From Candidatus Dormibacteria bacterium (GTDB taxonomy: Bacteria; Chloroflexota; Dormibacteria; Aeolococcales; Bog-877): a DNA stretch of 62,395 nt. Location: the NCBI GenBank assembly GCA_050733915.1, contig JBOHUH010000017.1:1-62395 (forward strand), read 5' to 3'. The translations under genes and the position numbers were made by a program. The notes beneath the pieces were generated by a model, which searched no databases, was not told the DNA's origin, and saw only the letters and a list, made by a program, of their open reading frames with translations. Every line of letters starts with the position of its first letter. Position 1 is the first letter of the stretch. This document shows, in pieces, positions 1 to 9,700 of this stretch.

Positions 1-429
1 GATGGGCACGGTGAGCCCGGCGGCCAGTCCCGCCCCGATGCTGAGGGAGACGGTATAGGCTGAGGTCATCAGGGCCGCCTGCTCTGGGAAGCGACCCCGG
101 ATCACCGCCGGTACCACGACGTTCATGATCGCCACCGCCAGGGCGGCCACCGCGGTGCCCGGGAAGAGCCCGGCGCCGGGCCAGAGGGCTCGGATGAGCA
201 GCCCCAGGACCAGCGCCGCGATCACCATCAGCAGCAGCTGCTCCTCCCCGAAGCGGCGGCGCAGCCGGGGGCCGGCCAGGGCCGCCACCCCGAAGCAGAG
301 GACGGGCACGGTCACCAGCAGGGACTGTCCGAAGGAGTCCAGCCGGAGGTCCGCCAGGATCGGTGGGACCGCCGAGACCGCCACCCGAAGGTTGAAGGCC
401 AGCAGCAGAACGGCGACCACCGCCAGCAC
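1..429 (-). CDS. MFS transporter (CynX/NimT-like), N-terminal part; the gene runs off the left edge
   Basis: Absent from the ORF track because it is truncated by the window edge. The reverse complement of 1-429 reads without stops as (V)LAVVAVLLLAFNLRVAVSAVPPILADLRLDSFGQSLLVTVPVLCFGVAALAGPRLRRRFGEEQLLLMVIAALVLGLLIRAL..., a TM1-TM4 pattern typical of cyanate-permease-type MFS proteins. A GGGAGGGG purine run lies just upstream of the GTG at 429-427. The plus-strand ORF 125-640 is its Arg/Pro-rich shadow. The start codon is uncertain. Confidence 0.6.
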   Translation of the reverse strand, partial: MLAVVAVLLLAFNLRVAVSAVPPILADLRLDSFGQSLLVTVPVLCFGVAALAGPRLRRRFGEEQLLLMVIAALVLGLLIRALWPGAGLFPGTAVAALAVAIMNVVVPAVIRGRFPEQAALMTSAYTVSLSIGAGLAAGLTVPI

Positions 430-476
430 CCCCTCCCGCCCCGGGGCACCCTCGCCGCGCGCCCGGCCGGGTGCGC

Positions 477-2468
477 TCAGCGGACGGGCAGGACCGGCTC
501 CGGCACCACCTCCGGGGCGCCCTCGGAGCTCTCGGGACGCTTGGACTTGGGCGATGTCGCACTGGGCTTGGGCGCCAGTCCGGTCACCTTTAGGATCTCC
601 GCTTCGTCCAGGGACTCCTCGCGAAGCAGAGCCTCGGTGAGTGCCTCCAGCTTGTCCCGGTTGCGGGTGAGCAGGTCCTGGGCTTCGGTGAAGCACTCCT
701 CCACGATCCGCTTGACCTCGGCGTCGATGAGTTGGGCGGTGGCCTCACTGTAGGGACGCTGGGGCATCATCAGCGCCTGGTTGTCGGGCTCCTCGGCCAG
801 GTTGAGTGGGCCCACCAGGGGGCTCATCCCCCAGTGCACCACCATCTGCCGAGCGATCATGGTGACCTGCCCCAGGTCGTTCTCGGCCCCGGTCGTGACC
901 ACGTCGTAGATCAGCTTCTCCGCGGCGCGCCCCCCCAGGGCACCGACGATCCGGGCCCTGAGGTAGGTCTCGGGATAGTTCTGGCGATCGTCGACTGGGG
1001 ACTGGACGGTGACCCCGAGCGCCCGGCCGCGGGGCACGATCGAGACCCGCCGCACCGGGTCAGCCTCGGGGACCAGAAGCCCGAGCAGGGCGTGGCCGCT
1101 CTCATGGCAGGCGGTCCGGCGCCGGTCCTCCTCGCTGAGCACGATCCGCCGTGCGGCTCCCAGGAGGACCTTCTCCAGGGCGTCGGTGAAGTCCGTCTGG
1201 GTCACCGCTGGGCGGTCGCGACGAGCGGCCAGAAGCGCCGCCTCATTGACCAGGTTGCGCAGCTCAGCGCCCACCAGGCCTGGGGTCTGCGACGCCAAGT
1301 TGTCCAGGTCCACGTCCCCTCCCAGGGGCACCCCACGGGTGTGGATCTTGAGGATGGCGGCGCGCCCCACCCGATCCGGGGGCTGGACCATCACCCGACG
1401 GTCGAAACGGCCGGGCCGGAGCAGGGCGGAGTCGAGGACGTCAGCGCGGTTGGTGGCGGCGAGGACGATCACCCCCTCGCGGGAGTCGAAACCGTCCATC
1501 TCGGTGAGAATTTGGTTGAGGGTCTGCTCGCGCTCGTCGTGGCCCCCGAAGCTGGCACCAACCCCACGGCTGCGCCCGATGGCGTCGAGCTCGTCGATGA
1601 AGATGATCGCCGGCGCCGCGGCGCGGGCCTTGGCGAACAGGTCACGGACCCGGGAGGCCCCCACCCCCACGATCATCTCGATGAACTCTGAGGCGGAGAG
1701 GTTGTAGAAGGGAACCCTGGCCTCGCCGGCCACCGCCCGGGCCAGGAGGGTCTTGCCAGTGCCCGGCAGGCCCACCAGCAGCACCCCCTTGGGTACCGTC
1801 CCGCCCAGGCGCTGGTACCTGCCGGGCTGCCGCAGGAAGTCGACGATCTCCTCGAGCTCCTCCTCCGCCTCCTCGATGCCGGCCACGTCGGCGAAGGTGG
1901 TGGCCGGGCGCTCGGCGTCATAGAGCCGGGCCTGGCTGCGACCCATGCTGAAGAGCCCTCCCCCTGCCGAGGCCGCGGCGCGACGCATCAGGTAGAGGAA
2001 GGCCACCACGATCAGTAGGGTGGGGCCGAAGCTGAGCAGCAACTCCTCCCAGAAGGGGGTCAGGGTGGACTGGGCGTTGACCGTCACGCTGTGCTTCTGG
2101 AGCAGGGCCTCTAGCCCGTGGCCACCGAAGCTGGGCACCTGGGTGGTGAAGTACTTGGCCTTGGTCTTGGCCTTGGCGGAGCTCCCGGTGGGATGGCGGA
2201 AGGTGCCCAAGATGGTCCCCGAGCTGGCGGTGATGCTGACCACGTCGTTGTTGCCGACGTCGGTGACGAAGGCGCTGTAGGGGATGGTCAGGGTCTTGTG
2301 GCTGGAGGGGGCCAGGAAGACGTTGACGATGAGGACGTTGAGGACCAGGATCACCAGCAAGGGCATCCAACTGCGCATCGAGCGCCAGCTGCTCGGTGGG
2401 CGCCCCTGGGGAGGACGTTGAGGGGATCTCGGCGGCGACACGTTGGGGTCAGCGGCCATGGTGGGCAC
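477..2468 (-). CDS. ftsH: ATP-dependent zinc metalloprotease FtsH
   Basis: 663-aa ORF with N-terminal TM helices, AAA+ Walker [18 protein letters not shown], Walker B IIFIDELD and the Zn-protease HEXXH motif HESGHAL. The start is GTG 2468 or ATG 2459. Confidence 0.95.
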   Translation of the reverse strand: MPTMAADPNVSPPRSPQRPPQGRPPSSWRSMRSWMPLLVILVLNVLIVNVFLAPSSHKTLTIPYSAFVTDVGNNDVVSITASSGTILGTFRHPTGSSAKAKTKAKYFTTQVPSFGGHGLEALLQKHSVTVNAQSTLTPFWEELLLSFGPTLLIVVAFLYLMRRAAASAGGGLFSMGRSQARLYDAERPATTFADVAGIEEAEEELEEIVDFLRQPGRYQRLGGTVPKGVLLVGLPGTGKTLLARAVAGEARVPFYNLSASEFIEMIVGVGASRVRDLFAKARAAAPAIIFIDELDAIGRSRGVGASFGGHDEREQTLNQILTEMDGFDSREGVIVLAATNRADVLDSALLRPGRFDRRVMVQPPDRVGRAAILKIHTRGVPLGGDVDLDNLASQTPGLVGAELRNLVNEAALLAARRDRPAVTQTDFTDALEKVLLGAARRIVLSEEDRRRTACHESGHALLGLLVPEADPVRRVSIVPRGRALGVTVQSPVDDRQNYPETYLRARIVGALGGRAAEKLIYDVVTTGAENDLGQVTMIARQMVVHWGMSPLVGPLNLAEEPDNQALMMPQRPYSEATAQLIDAEVKRIVEECFTEAQDLLTRNRDKLEALTEALLREESLDEAEILKVTGLAPKPSATSPKSKRPESSEGAPEVVPEPVLPVR

Positions 2469-2489
2469 GCTAGCAGATGGGGTGTGACT

Positions 2490-2738
2490 TCATCCCCAGC
2501 ACCGCTCCAGCCTCCAGCGCCGGGAGCCCAGCTCCAAGCGCAGGTCTAGGCAGCGCCCATCCTGGAGCAGCACCCGCCAGCAGTCCCGGCGCACCGGTCG
2601 TTCCGGGATCACCCGCCACCACCCCACCTCGACCCGCCAGCGCTCAACCACCGCGGCCACCTCGATCCAGCCCCGACCCAGGTTCACCGCCAACGGTCGC
2701 GAGGGAGCTCCCCCGACCCGGACCTTGATCGCGCTCAC
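2490..2738 (-). CDS. Small Trp/Arg-rich protein translationally coupled to imuB (possible detached ImuB C-terminal module)
   Basis: 82-aa ORF. Its GTG start (2738-2736) overlaps the imuB TGA stop (2737-2735) as GTGA. Third codon positions are G/C-rich. The sequence is ...EVGWWRVIPERPVRRDCWRVLLQDGRCLDLRLELGSRRWRLERCWG. I cannot name a family with certainty. Confidence 0.6.
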   Translation of the reverse strand: MSAIKVRVGGAPSRPLAVNLGRGWIEVAAVVERWRVEVGWWRVIPERPVRRDCWRVLLQDGRCLDLRLELGSRRWRLERCWG

Positions 2739-3979
2739 CCCGAACTCCAGACCAGCCGCTCCTCGGGAACGTCCCCGGGATGCCCGGGCCGCACCTCGAT
2801 GCGCCAGACCAGGCCCACTCCGAACCGGTCGTGGAGGCGGTCCACCGCCCGCTGCACCGCCTCCCGATCGGGGGCCCGACCCTGCCAGAGGCCGACCTGG
2901 CGCACCGGGGGGTCCACCAGGTCGAACGCGTCCAGCTCCACCACCGTTACCGGCGCCCGAGGATGCACCCTGGCGAAGAGGCCGAGCAGCGGTCCCAACA
3001 GTTCCTCGGCGCTGGCCATGGGCAGTGGCGGGGCGATCTCACCCCACCAGACCTGCGGCTCCCCGGGGCGGTGTGGGGAGGGATCCTCTTGGCCTCGCAA
3101 GACCAGCCGAATCCTCCCCGCCGCCCGCCCTCGCCGGGACAGCTCCTGAGCCAGCCCTCGAGCCAGCTCGGCGGCCCCGAAGCGCAGTGACTCCGAGTCC
3201 TCAACTCCCCCCGCCAGGGCGCGGCGGATCCCGCACAGGGGAGGCTCACGCCAGGGATCGATCCCGGTCGCGTCCAGGCCCCGGCAGAGGCGGTGGAGCA
3301 GAATCCCGTCCGGCCCGAACTGGCGCTGGAGATCCACCATGGCGATGCCGGCGCAGTCGCCGCAGGTGCGCAGACCGAACTGCAGCAACCGCTCCCCCAC
3401 CTCGGACGGAATCGGCAGCGCCGTCACCGGCCAGCTGGCGAGGAACTCCGCCACCTTCCCCTCGGACACCCGGCACACCCGGCCCGGGTTGGCCCGCTGC
3501 GCCGCCACCCAGGCCGAAAAGCGAGATGGCCCCAGACCCACCCCGGGGCTGACCCCCAGCGCCGCCTGCAGCGCCCGTCCACAATGAGCGGCTCGAAGGA
3601 TCTCATCCGGCCTGTTGGGGTCGCTCCCGGAGAGGTCGACATAGGCGCTGGCGTCATCCACCCACTCCACCAGGGGGCTACAGCCGGTCAGCGCCAGGCG
3701 GCACTCCCGACGCAGCTCGGCCAGCGCCACCGGATCGCAGGTGAGCCGGGCCCCCAGCGGGCAGAGCAGTTCAGCCCGGCGCCAGTCCTGACCCGGCCTA
3801 ACCCCCAGGGCCCAGGCCGCCGGGGAGGCCGCCAGCACCACCGCCCGGCCGGCCCTCGTCTCACCGCGCACCAACACCTGCTCGCCAGAGAGCTCCGGAT
3901 GGGCACGCCAGGCCAGCACCAAGGCGAGGTTGGGGAAGCTCAGGCAGGCGAGGTGGACGGAGCCGCCGCTCTGGCTCAC
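2735..3979 (-). CDS. imuB: ImuB, Y-family DNA polymerase-like mutasome subunit
   Basis: The track ORF is 2735-4360, but its first 127 codons overlap imuA' out of frame. The GTG at 3979-3977 overlaps the imuA' TGA (3978-3976). The 414-aa product starts ...VHLACLSFPNLAL, the ImuB-type replacement of the DinB catalytic D-x-D. It has a Y-family palm/fingers-like body (VDLSG..., GVSPGVGLGPSRFSAWVAAQ) and a clamp-binding-like QVGLWQG near the C-terminus. Confidence 0.8.
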   Translation of the reverse strand: MSQSGGSVHLACLSFPNLALVLAWRAHPELSGEQVLVRGETRAGRAVVLAASPAAWALGVRPGQDWRRAELLCPLGARLTCDPVALAELRRECRLALTGCSPLVEWVDDASAYVDLSGSDPNRPDEILRAAHCGRALQAALGVSPGVGLGPSRFSAWVAAQRANPGRVCRVSEGKVAEFLASWPVTALPIPSEVGERLLQFGLRTCGDCAGIAMVDLQRQFGPDGILLHRLCRGLDATGIDPWREPPLCGIRRALAGGVEDSESLRFGAAELARGLAQELSRRGRAAGRIRLVLRGQEDPSPHRPGEPQVWWGEIAPPLPMASAEELLGPLLGLFARVHPRAPVTVVELDAFDLVDPPVRQVGLWQGRAPDREAVQRAVDRLHDRFGVGLVWRIEVRPGHPGDVPEERLVWSSG

Positions 3980-4797
3980 CGGCCTGAGCCGGCCAGCAGC
4001 CGGAGAGGCTCGGTCTCCGGCTCCACGTCCGCCCGTCGTGGCTCCAGCTCCTCGAGCCCGGGCCGCCGCTGGTAGAGCCGGGGGAATTTGAGCTGGAGCC
4101 GACAGCCAGCCCCAGGCGCCCCGAGATGGCTGCGGCGGATCCGCACCTCCAACTGGAGACCACAGATGTCTCCGTGCGCCCAAATCCAATCCAGCCGCCC
4201 GCACTCCAGCTCCAGGCAGATCCGCTCTTTGAGCGCGGCCGGGATCAGCCCCCCCTCCAGCACCAGCCCGGCACCGCCCCCCTCCGCGAGCGCCGTCAGC
4301 AATGCGGAGGGGGCCGGGCTGGGAGTGAGCCGAGACCAGTCCTCGGCCACCAGGAGGCACAGGTCGACCCCGGCCCTGGCCAGCGCCCGGGCGGCCGCCC
4401 AGCCCTCCTCGGGACGCCTCGGCCTGACCAGCCAGCAGTTGCTCAGATCACCCCGGTAGGACTCGATGATCCCGGGGTCCAGCTCCAGGGTAAAGTCGAC
4501 CAGGGCCACGGCGGCGGACCGGGACACCGCCGCGACCAGGGCCAGGCCGAGGTCGAACGCCCCGGATGACCAGCCTCCCGCCAGACGGCTGATCCGGCCT
4601 ATGGGCAACCCCTGGCAGCCGGTGAGGTCGTCCAGAGCGGACACCCCGCTGGCCAGCCCCAGGGGCAACGACGGGCCTCCGGCGCGAACCGCTCCCGGAC
4701 CGTAGCGAAAGTTGAGCGAGGCCAGGGCCAGGGCCAGGGCCCCGGCCTTGGGTTCGACTGCCCCCGCCCGCTCCAGCTGAGTCGGCTCTGCGGACAC
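3976..4797 (-). CDS. imuA: ImuA'-like RecA-fold protein with a degenerate P-loop
   Basis: RecA/SulA-like core: ALDDLTGCQGLPIGRISRLAGGWSSGAFDLGLALVAAV...ALVDFTLELDP...GVDLCLLV. GGWSSGAF sits where RecA has its Walker A. The track ORF extends to 4938, but that extension would include the LexA box and promoter at 4867-4895. The in-frame GTG at 4797 (V48 of the track ORF) is the first start downstream of the promoter. The start is uncertain. Confidence 0.7.
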   Translation of the reverse strand: MSAEPTQLERAGAVEPKAGALALALASLNFRYGPGAVRAGGPSLPLGLASGVSALDDLTGCQGLPIGRISRLAGGWSSGAFDLGLALVAAVSRSAAVALVDFTLELDPGIIESYRGDLSNCWLVRPRRPEEGWAAARALARAGVDLCLLVAEDWSRLTPSPAPSALLTALAEGGGAGLVLEGGLIPAALKERICLELECGRLDWIWAHGDICGLQLEVRIRRSHLGAPGAGCRLQLKFPRLYQRRPGLEELEPRRADVEPETEPLRLLAGSGR

Positions 4798-4866
4798 TGC
4801 GACACCACCCGCTTGAGTTTTGCTCGGACCGGAACCGGGACTCGCCGCCCCTGCCGGGCTTCCCTG

Positions 4867-4895
4867 ATTGTACGAACGTCTGTTCGGTAAAGCAA
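4867..4895 (-). promoter_or_regulatory. Sigma-70-type promoter of imuA' (TTGCTT-17 nt-TACAAT) with the LexA box filling the spacer
   Basis: The minus strand reads TTGCTT (4895-4890), then TACCGAACAGACGTTCG (17 nt), then TACAAT (4872-4867). The -10 hexamer lies 70 nt upstream of the proposed imuA' GTG. Confidence 0.65.
4873..4886 (-). promoter_or_regulatory. LexA operator (SOS box) CGAACGTCTGTTCG
   Basis: A perfect GAAC-N4-GTTC palindrome matching the Gram-positive/actinobacterial LexA consensus (TCGAAC-N4-GTTCGA). It lies directly upstream of imuA'-imuB, a classic SOS operon. Confidence 0.8.
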
Positions 4896-5032
4896 GCGCG
4901 GGGCGAGCCCGAGGGGAACAGCCGGGAGAACCCCGCAAAACTCCCTACCCGACTGCGAAACCACCCACGTTTTCCTTAGTATTCCTGCGTCGCATTGACT
5001 GTCCCCGTTTGGCCACAGGAGGTTGCCATCCC

Positions 5033-5380
5033 ATGAATCGCCGCGAGTTAGCCAAAAACCTGCAGCAGCGCATCCAGTTCGAGAACGAGCAGGGCAAGCA
5101 AGAGCCATTTTTCTCAAGCTTCATGCTGGCCGACGACACTCTCAAGCTGATCTTCCAGATCGTCACCGCGGAGCTCAAGGGCGGCGGTGAGGTCTCGGTC
5201 GCCGGCTTCGGTCGCTGGAAGATCCGCCAGACCCCGGCGGGGCGCCGGCGCAACCCCCAGACCCAGGCGATGGTCCAGGTTCCCGCCTCCCAGAAGGTGC
5301 GCTTCTATCCCTCGACCGCCCTCAAGGCGGCGGTGGCAGGGCGCTCCACCACCCGCCGTCGCAGCACCAAGCGCAGCTGA
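5033..5380 (+). CDS. HU/IHF-family nucleoid-associated DNA-binding protein (divergent, with an insertion and a short basic tail)
   Basis: ATG at 5033 is preceded by AGGAGG (5017-5022). The sequence is MNRRELAKNL...VSVAGFGRWKIRQTPAGRRRNPQTQAMVQVPASQKVRFYPSTALKAAV, which matches the HU beta-arm signature (GFG.F.....R.gRNP.T......a...v.F....lk). The track ORF start at 4868 lies inside the imuA' promoter and is rejected. Confidence 0.8.
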   Translation: MNRRELAKNLQQRIQFENEQGKQEPFFSSFMLADDTLKLIFQIVTAELKGGGEVSVAGFGRWKIRQTPAGRRRNPQTQAMVQVPASQKVRFYPSTALKAAVAGRSTTRRRSTKRS

Positions 5381-5408
5381 CCCGGCGCGGCTGGTATAGG
5401 TCAGAAAG

Positions 5409-6338
5409 ATGCGGATCGCGGTGGTCGGGGGCACCGGCTTCGTGGGTAGCCACCTGGTGGCAGGGCTGCTCAAGTCGGGGCATGAGTTGAGGGTGGTCGG
5501 GCGCGGGGCGCGCGCGGCCACCCTTCCTCCCGGACTGGCCCCGACCCAGGGCGACGTGATCAGCGGGGAGGGGCTGGATCAGGCCTTCGAGGGGGCGGAG
5601 GCGGTGGTCAACCTGGTGGCGGTGATCCGCGAGCGGGGGTCGCAGACCTTCGAGGCGGTGAACGCCAACGGCAGCGCCAACGTGGTCGCGGCGGCGGCCA
5701 AGGCCGGGGTGGGCCGGCTGGTCCAGTTCAGCGCCATCGGGGCCGACCCCGATCCCAAGTTCCCCTACCTGCTCACCAAGTGGCGCGGTGAGCAGGCGGT
5801 GATGGCCAGCACCCGGGATTGGGTGATCGTCCGCTCCTCGACCATCTTCGGCACCGGGGAGGGGTTCTTCACCCAGCTGGCCAAGGCGATCGCCCTGCCC
5901 GCACCCTTCCTGATCATCCCCGGGGACGGCACCGCGCTCTTCCAGCCGATCCACGCCGACGACGTGTCCCGCTGCCTGGAGGCGGCGATCACCGAGCCAG
6001 CCCGATCCCGGCAGACCTATGAGATCGGCGGGCCGGACCAGGTGACCCTCGAGGAGATCACCAAGGAGGTCGCCCGGGTCACCGATAAGGAGTGGTTCGG
6101 GATCTCCAAGAGACGGCCGCTTCACCTCGATCCGCGGATGATCCGCCCGGGGGCGATGCTGATGGAGAAGGCGCTGCCCAATCCCCTGATCACCGCTGAT
6201 CAACTGGACATGCTGGCCAAGCCCAACGTCACCCGGGTGGACGCGGTCATGACCGACTTCGGTTTCCAGCCACGCCCGATGTGGGGCAACCTCGACTATC
6301 TGAAACGTCCCCGGCGCTGGCCCAAGCTGGCCGCCTGA
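5409..6338 (+). CDS. NAD(P)-binding SDR-family protein (NDUFA9/NmrA-like epimerase/dehydratase fold)
   Basis: N-terminal Rossmann motif MRIAVVGGTGFVGSHLV. The 309-aa length is typical of atypical SDRs. Confidence 0.85.
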   Translation: MRIAVVGGTGFVGSHLVAGLLKSGHELRVVGRGARAATLPPGLAPTQGDVISGEGLDQAFEGAEAVVNLVAVIRERGSQTFEAVNANGSANVVAAAAKAGVGRLVQFSAIGADPDPKFPYLLTKWRGEQAVMASTRDWVIVRSSTIFGTGEGFFTQLAKAIALPAPFLIIPGDGTALFQPIHADDVSRCLEAAITEPARSRQTYEIGGPDQVTLEEITKEVARVTDKEWFGISKRRPLHLDPRMIRPGAMLMEKALPNPLITADQLDMLAKPNVTRVDAVMTDFGFQPRPMWGNLDYLKRPRRWPKLAA

Positions 6339-6381
6339 GCCACTCACCCCAGACCGAACGCAACTAGCAAGAGGAGGTCGC

Positions 6382-6720
6382 GTGGCCGAGGCGGAGTTGA
6401 CCCCACAGCAGATCATCGACCAGATCCCGGTCGCCTTCCGGGCGGAGAAGGCACAGGACTTGGAGGCGACCTTTCAGTTCGACATCACCGGCAGCTTGGG
6501 CGGGCAGTGGTACGCCGAGATCAAGGACTCGCGCTGCCAGGTCACCGCAGGAAGCTCCCCCAGCGCCAACATCACCATCACCATCAGCGACCAGAACTTT
6601 GTCAAGCTGATCACCGGGCGCCTGGACGGGACCATGGCCTTCATGACCGGCAAGCTCAAGCTCAAAGGGGACATGGGCCTGGCGATGCGGCTCTCAGGTC
6701 TCTTCCAGATGCCCGACTAG
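6382..6720 (+). CDS. SCP2 sterol-carrier-like domain protein
   Basis: GTG start after GAGGAGG. The C-terminal GKLKLKGDMGLAMRLSGLF is the SCP-2 signature. The 3' end overlaps the convergent adnB by 27 nt. Confidence 0.8.
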   Translation: MAEAELTPQQIIDQIPVAFRAEKAQDLEATFQFDITGSLGGQWYAEIKDSRCQVTAGSSPSANITITISDQNFVKLITGRLDGTMAFMTGKLKLKGDMGLAMRLSGLFQMPD

Positions 6721-9700
6721 GTCCGGGGCCAGGTCCTGGCGGCGCTCCGGGCAGCGCGCCTGGAAGGCGCAGTCGCGGCAGGGGCGCTCGGGGAATCCGT
6801 CGGTGGCGTGGTAGTCGCCTTTCGCCACCCGTCCCGCCGCCCACCCTGCCCACTCCAGCGCCTGGCGCCGCTCTTGGGCACCGCTTTCCACCGGGATCAA
6901 CTGGCCGCTGCGGAGCATCACCAAAGCGGTCGCGGGCGCGGCGACCGGAGCGCCCAGCACCCCCGCCTCCACCGCCGCGGCGTAGAGCTGCAGCTGCCGT
7001 GCGTAGGTGACCTGCTCGGTTGCGCCGAGGCTGCGGTTGGTCTTGTAGTCGATGAGAAGAAGACCCCCCTGGGGCAGCCGAGCGATCCGGTCGATCAGGC
7101 CAACCAAGGGTGGGCAGCCCGGTCCGGCCCAGTCGCTCCAGGTGAAGGCGAACTCGGTCGCCACCGTCGGCAGCGCGGCAGTGGGCAAGGCCAGGTAGGT
7201 GTTGAGCATCGCCTCCGCCTCCGAGCGCTGGGCCGGGCTGAGTCCGTCGCCGAGCTCCTGCACTAGCGATCGCACTCGGGCCGTGGCGGCCGGCGCCGCC
7301 TCCGCGCCAGTGTGGAGCCGCTCCAGCGCTGCGTGAACCACCACCCCCAGCTGCAGCGCCGCCGCCCGAGGCGCGTCCTCCATGGGACTACCTGCGGACG
7401 CGGTCTCGGCGAGAGGCTCCGGGAAGTGGGCCAGGTGCTGGTACCAAAACATGCGCGGGCACTGGCGGAGCAGCTCGATCGAGGTGAAGCTGAGCTGTTC
7501 GGGCATACCCGGGCCACGCCGGCGCCGGCGCCGCAGCCCGGCCAGCTCCTCCCAGCGATGGGTCAGCTGGGAGGGGGAGACAGGGGGCTGGGGAGAGCGC
7601 GAGCGGGAAACTCCAGCCAGCGACGGGGTGCCCACCTCCCCCGTCCAGGTCAGCCGCTCCGCCCCGGGGAACTGGGGCCATTGGCAGACCCAGGGCGAGC
7701 CGGACTCGGCGGCCTCGGCGAGCTCGAAGAACTCCCCTTCCTTACCTTTTCGGCTGGTGGTTACCAGGAGTAGGTCCTTGGCCCGGGTCATCGCCACATA
7801 AACCAGGCGGCGGTGCTCCTCACGCTCCACCGCAGCCGCCGGGGTCGCCTTCCAGCGCCGGTAGGCAGCGGTCGCCCCGGCGCCGGCATCGGTGCAGATG
7901 ATCTGCTGCGCCGGACGGTCCCAGAGGATTCGCCCCGGACCCCGGGGGTGGAAGGGACGACAGTCCGCCAGCACCACCACCTCCCACTCCAGCCCCTTGG
8001 CCCGGTGGATGGTGCTGAGGGTGACCAGGTCCTCGTCGGTCTGCAGCGGGGGCTCGGCGGTCTTGGCTTCGTCGCTCATCAGCACCAGCCGATCCAGCAG
8101 CGCCGCCAGCTCCAGCCAGCGCCCCGGCGCAGCGGCCGCCCAGGCCAGTCGCTGCAGCTCCCGCAGTGACGCCACGGCCCGCCAACCACCGGGGTCGCCC
8201 GAGTCGGCCCGAGCCTGGTGGGCCGGGAGCAGCCCACTCTCCTCCATGCCCCGAGAGAGCACCTCCGCCGCCGGGGCGGACTGGGCCTGCAGTCGCAGCT
8301 CTCCGATCAGCTGGAGCATGCGGTGGCCACGATCCGCCCAGGGTCGCTCCCAGCCCGGTGCGCCCCGCTCCAGGTGCTCTCGCAGGCGCTCGGCCAGGGG
8401 CACCCTCGGGTGTCCCCCAGCAGTTCTCAAGGCGAGCAGGCCGGCGTCCGGGATCCTGACCACCTGCGACTGCAACACCCGCAGGCAGGCCAGGTCGTCT
8501 GCCCCATCGGCGGTGAGCCGGAGCAGGGCCAACGCGTCGCGTACCTCGGGGCGGGCCAGCAGCCCTCCCGTGGCAGTCTGGAAGGGGATGTCCCGGCGCC
8601 GCATCGCCTCCTCCAGGAACGGGCCCAGGCGGCCCTGCGTGTAGGCCAAGACGGCCATCTCCCGCCAGGCCACCGCCTGCCTGGTGCCATCCGGGTAGGC
8701 GATCCCCTGGCGGTGGATCCCCGCCAGGGCGGCCGCGATCAGCTCGGCCTCCTCGGCCACAGTCTCAACCTCGGCGATGAATACCGGCAGCGAGCTCTCC
8801 GCCGCCCGGTACGCCTCCATCGCCTGGTCGGCCGCGAACTGCGGGTCCTGCTTGATCACCCGGTCGGCGGCGCTGAGGATGTGCTCGCGGGAGCGGTGGT
8901 TGCGGAACATCGGCAGGGTGCGCCCTGCCGCCTCCGCCATGATTCCCGGCTTGGCGTCCCGGAAGGCGTAGATGGACTGGCGGGCATCCCCCACCATGAA
9001 GAGGCTGCGCTGGGTGGGGCCGGTCAGCTCGAGGATCAGCTCCTCCTGCAGCGCGCTGGTGTCCTGGAATTCGTCCACGATCACGAGGCGGAACTGGGCG
9101 CGACACCAGTTGCGAAGACGGGGCGAGCCCTGCAGTGCCAAGAGTCCCTCTCGGAGCAGGCCGTCGAAGTCGGTGGCGCCCCGCGCCGCCAGGCGGCGCT
9201 CGTAGTCCCGCCAGACGGCGAGGGTGACCCGGAGCGCGGCCCCATGCCAGGCCAGCTCGGAGGCCGGGTCGCCCAGGGCCCGGGCAACCCGATACCCCTG
9301 CTCTGAGAGCCGTTCGCAGGCGTCGGGATCGAGTGCCGTGGATCGCAGCCGGCGCACCGCCTGGGTCACCCCCTCGAGCAGGGCCAGAACGGCCCGGGGC
9401 CCTGGATCCGGGGGGAGCAGCTGCAGCCAGGAGTTGGGCTGCACCGACCGCCGGCGGACGTCTGAGACCGTCTCCCGCATCAGCAGCTCGGCGCTGACCT
9501 CGTCGATCAGCTCCAAGTCGCGGGGAAGCCCGGCCAGGTACGCGCGCTCGCTGAGCAGACGCCGCACCAGATGGTGGAAGGTGCCGATCCACGCCCCCTC
9601 CAAGTCGGCCACCCCGACTCCGGGAACAGCCAGCCTGGCCTCGGCCAGCACCGCCGCCACCTTGCGTCGCAGCTCGGCGGCGGCGCGGTCGGTGAAGGTG

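Noticed and set aside
125-640. Plus-strand 171-aa ORF at the left edge.
   Set aside because: Its product is Arg/Pro/Ala/Ser-rich. It lies antisense to a clean MFS-permease reading frame (1-429) and to the 3' end of ftsH.
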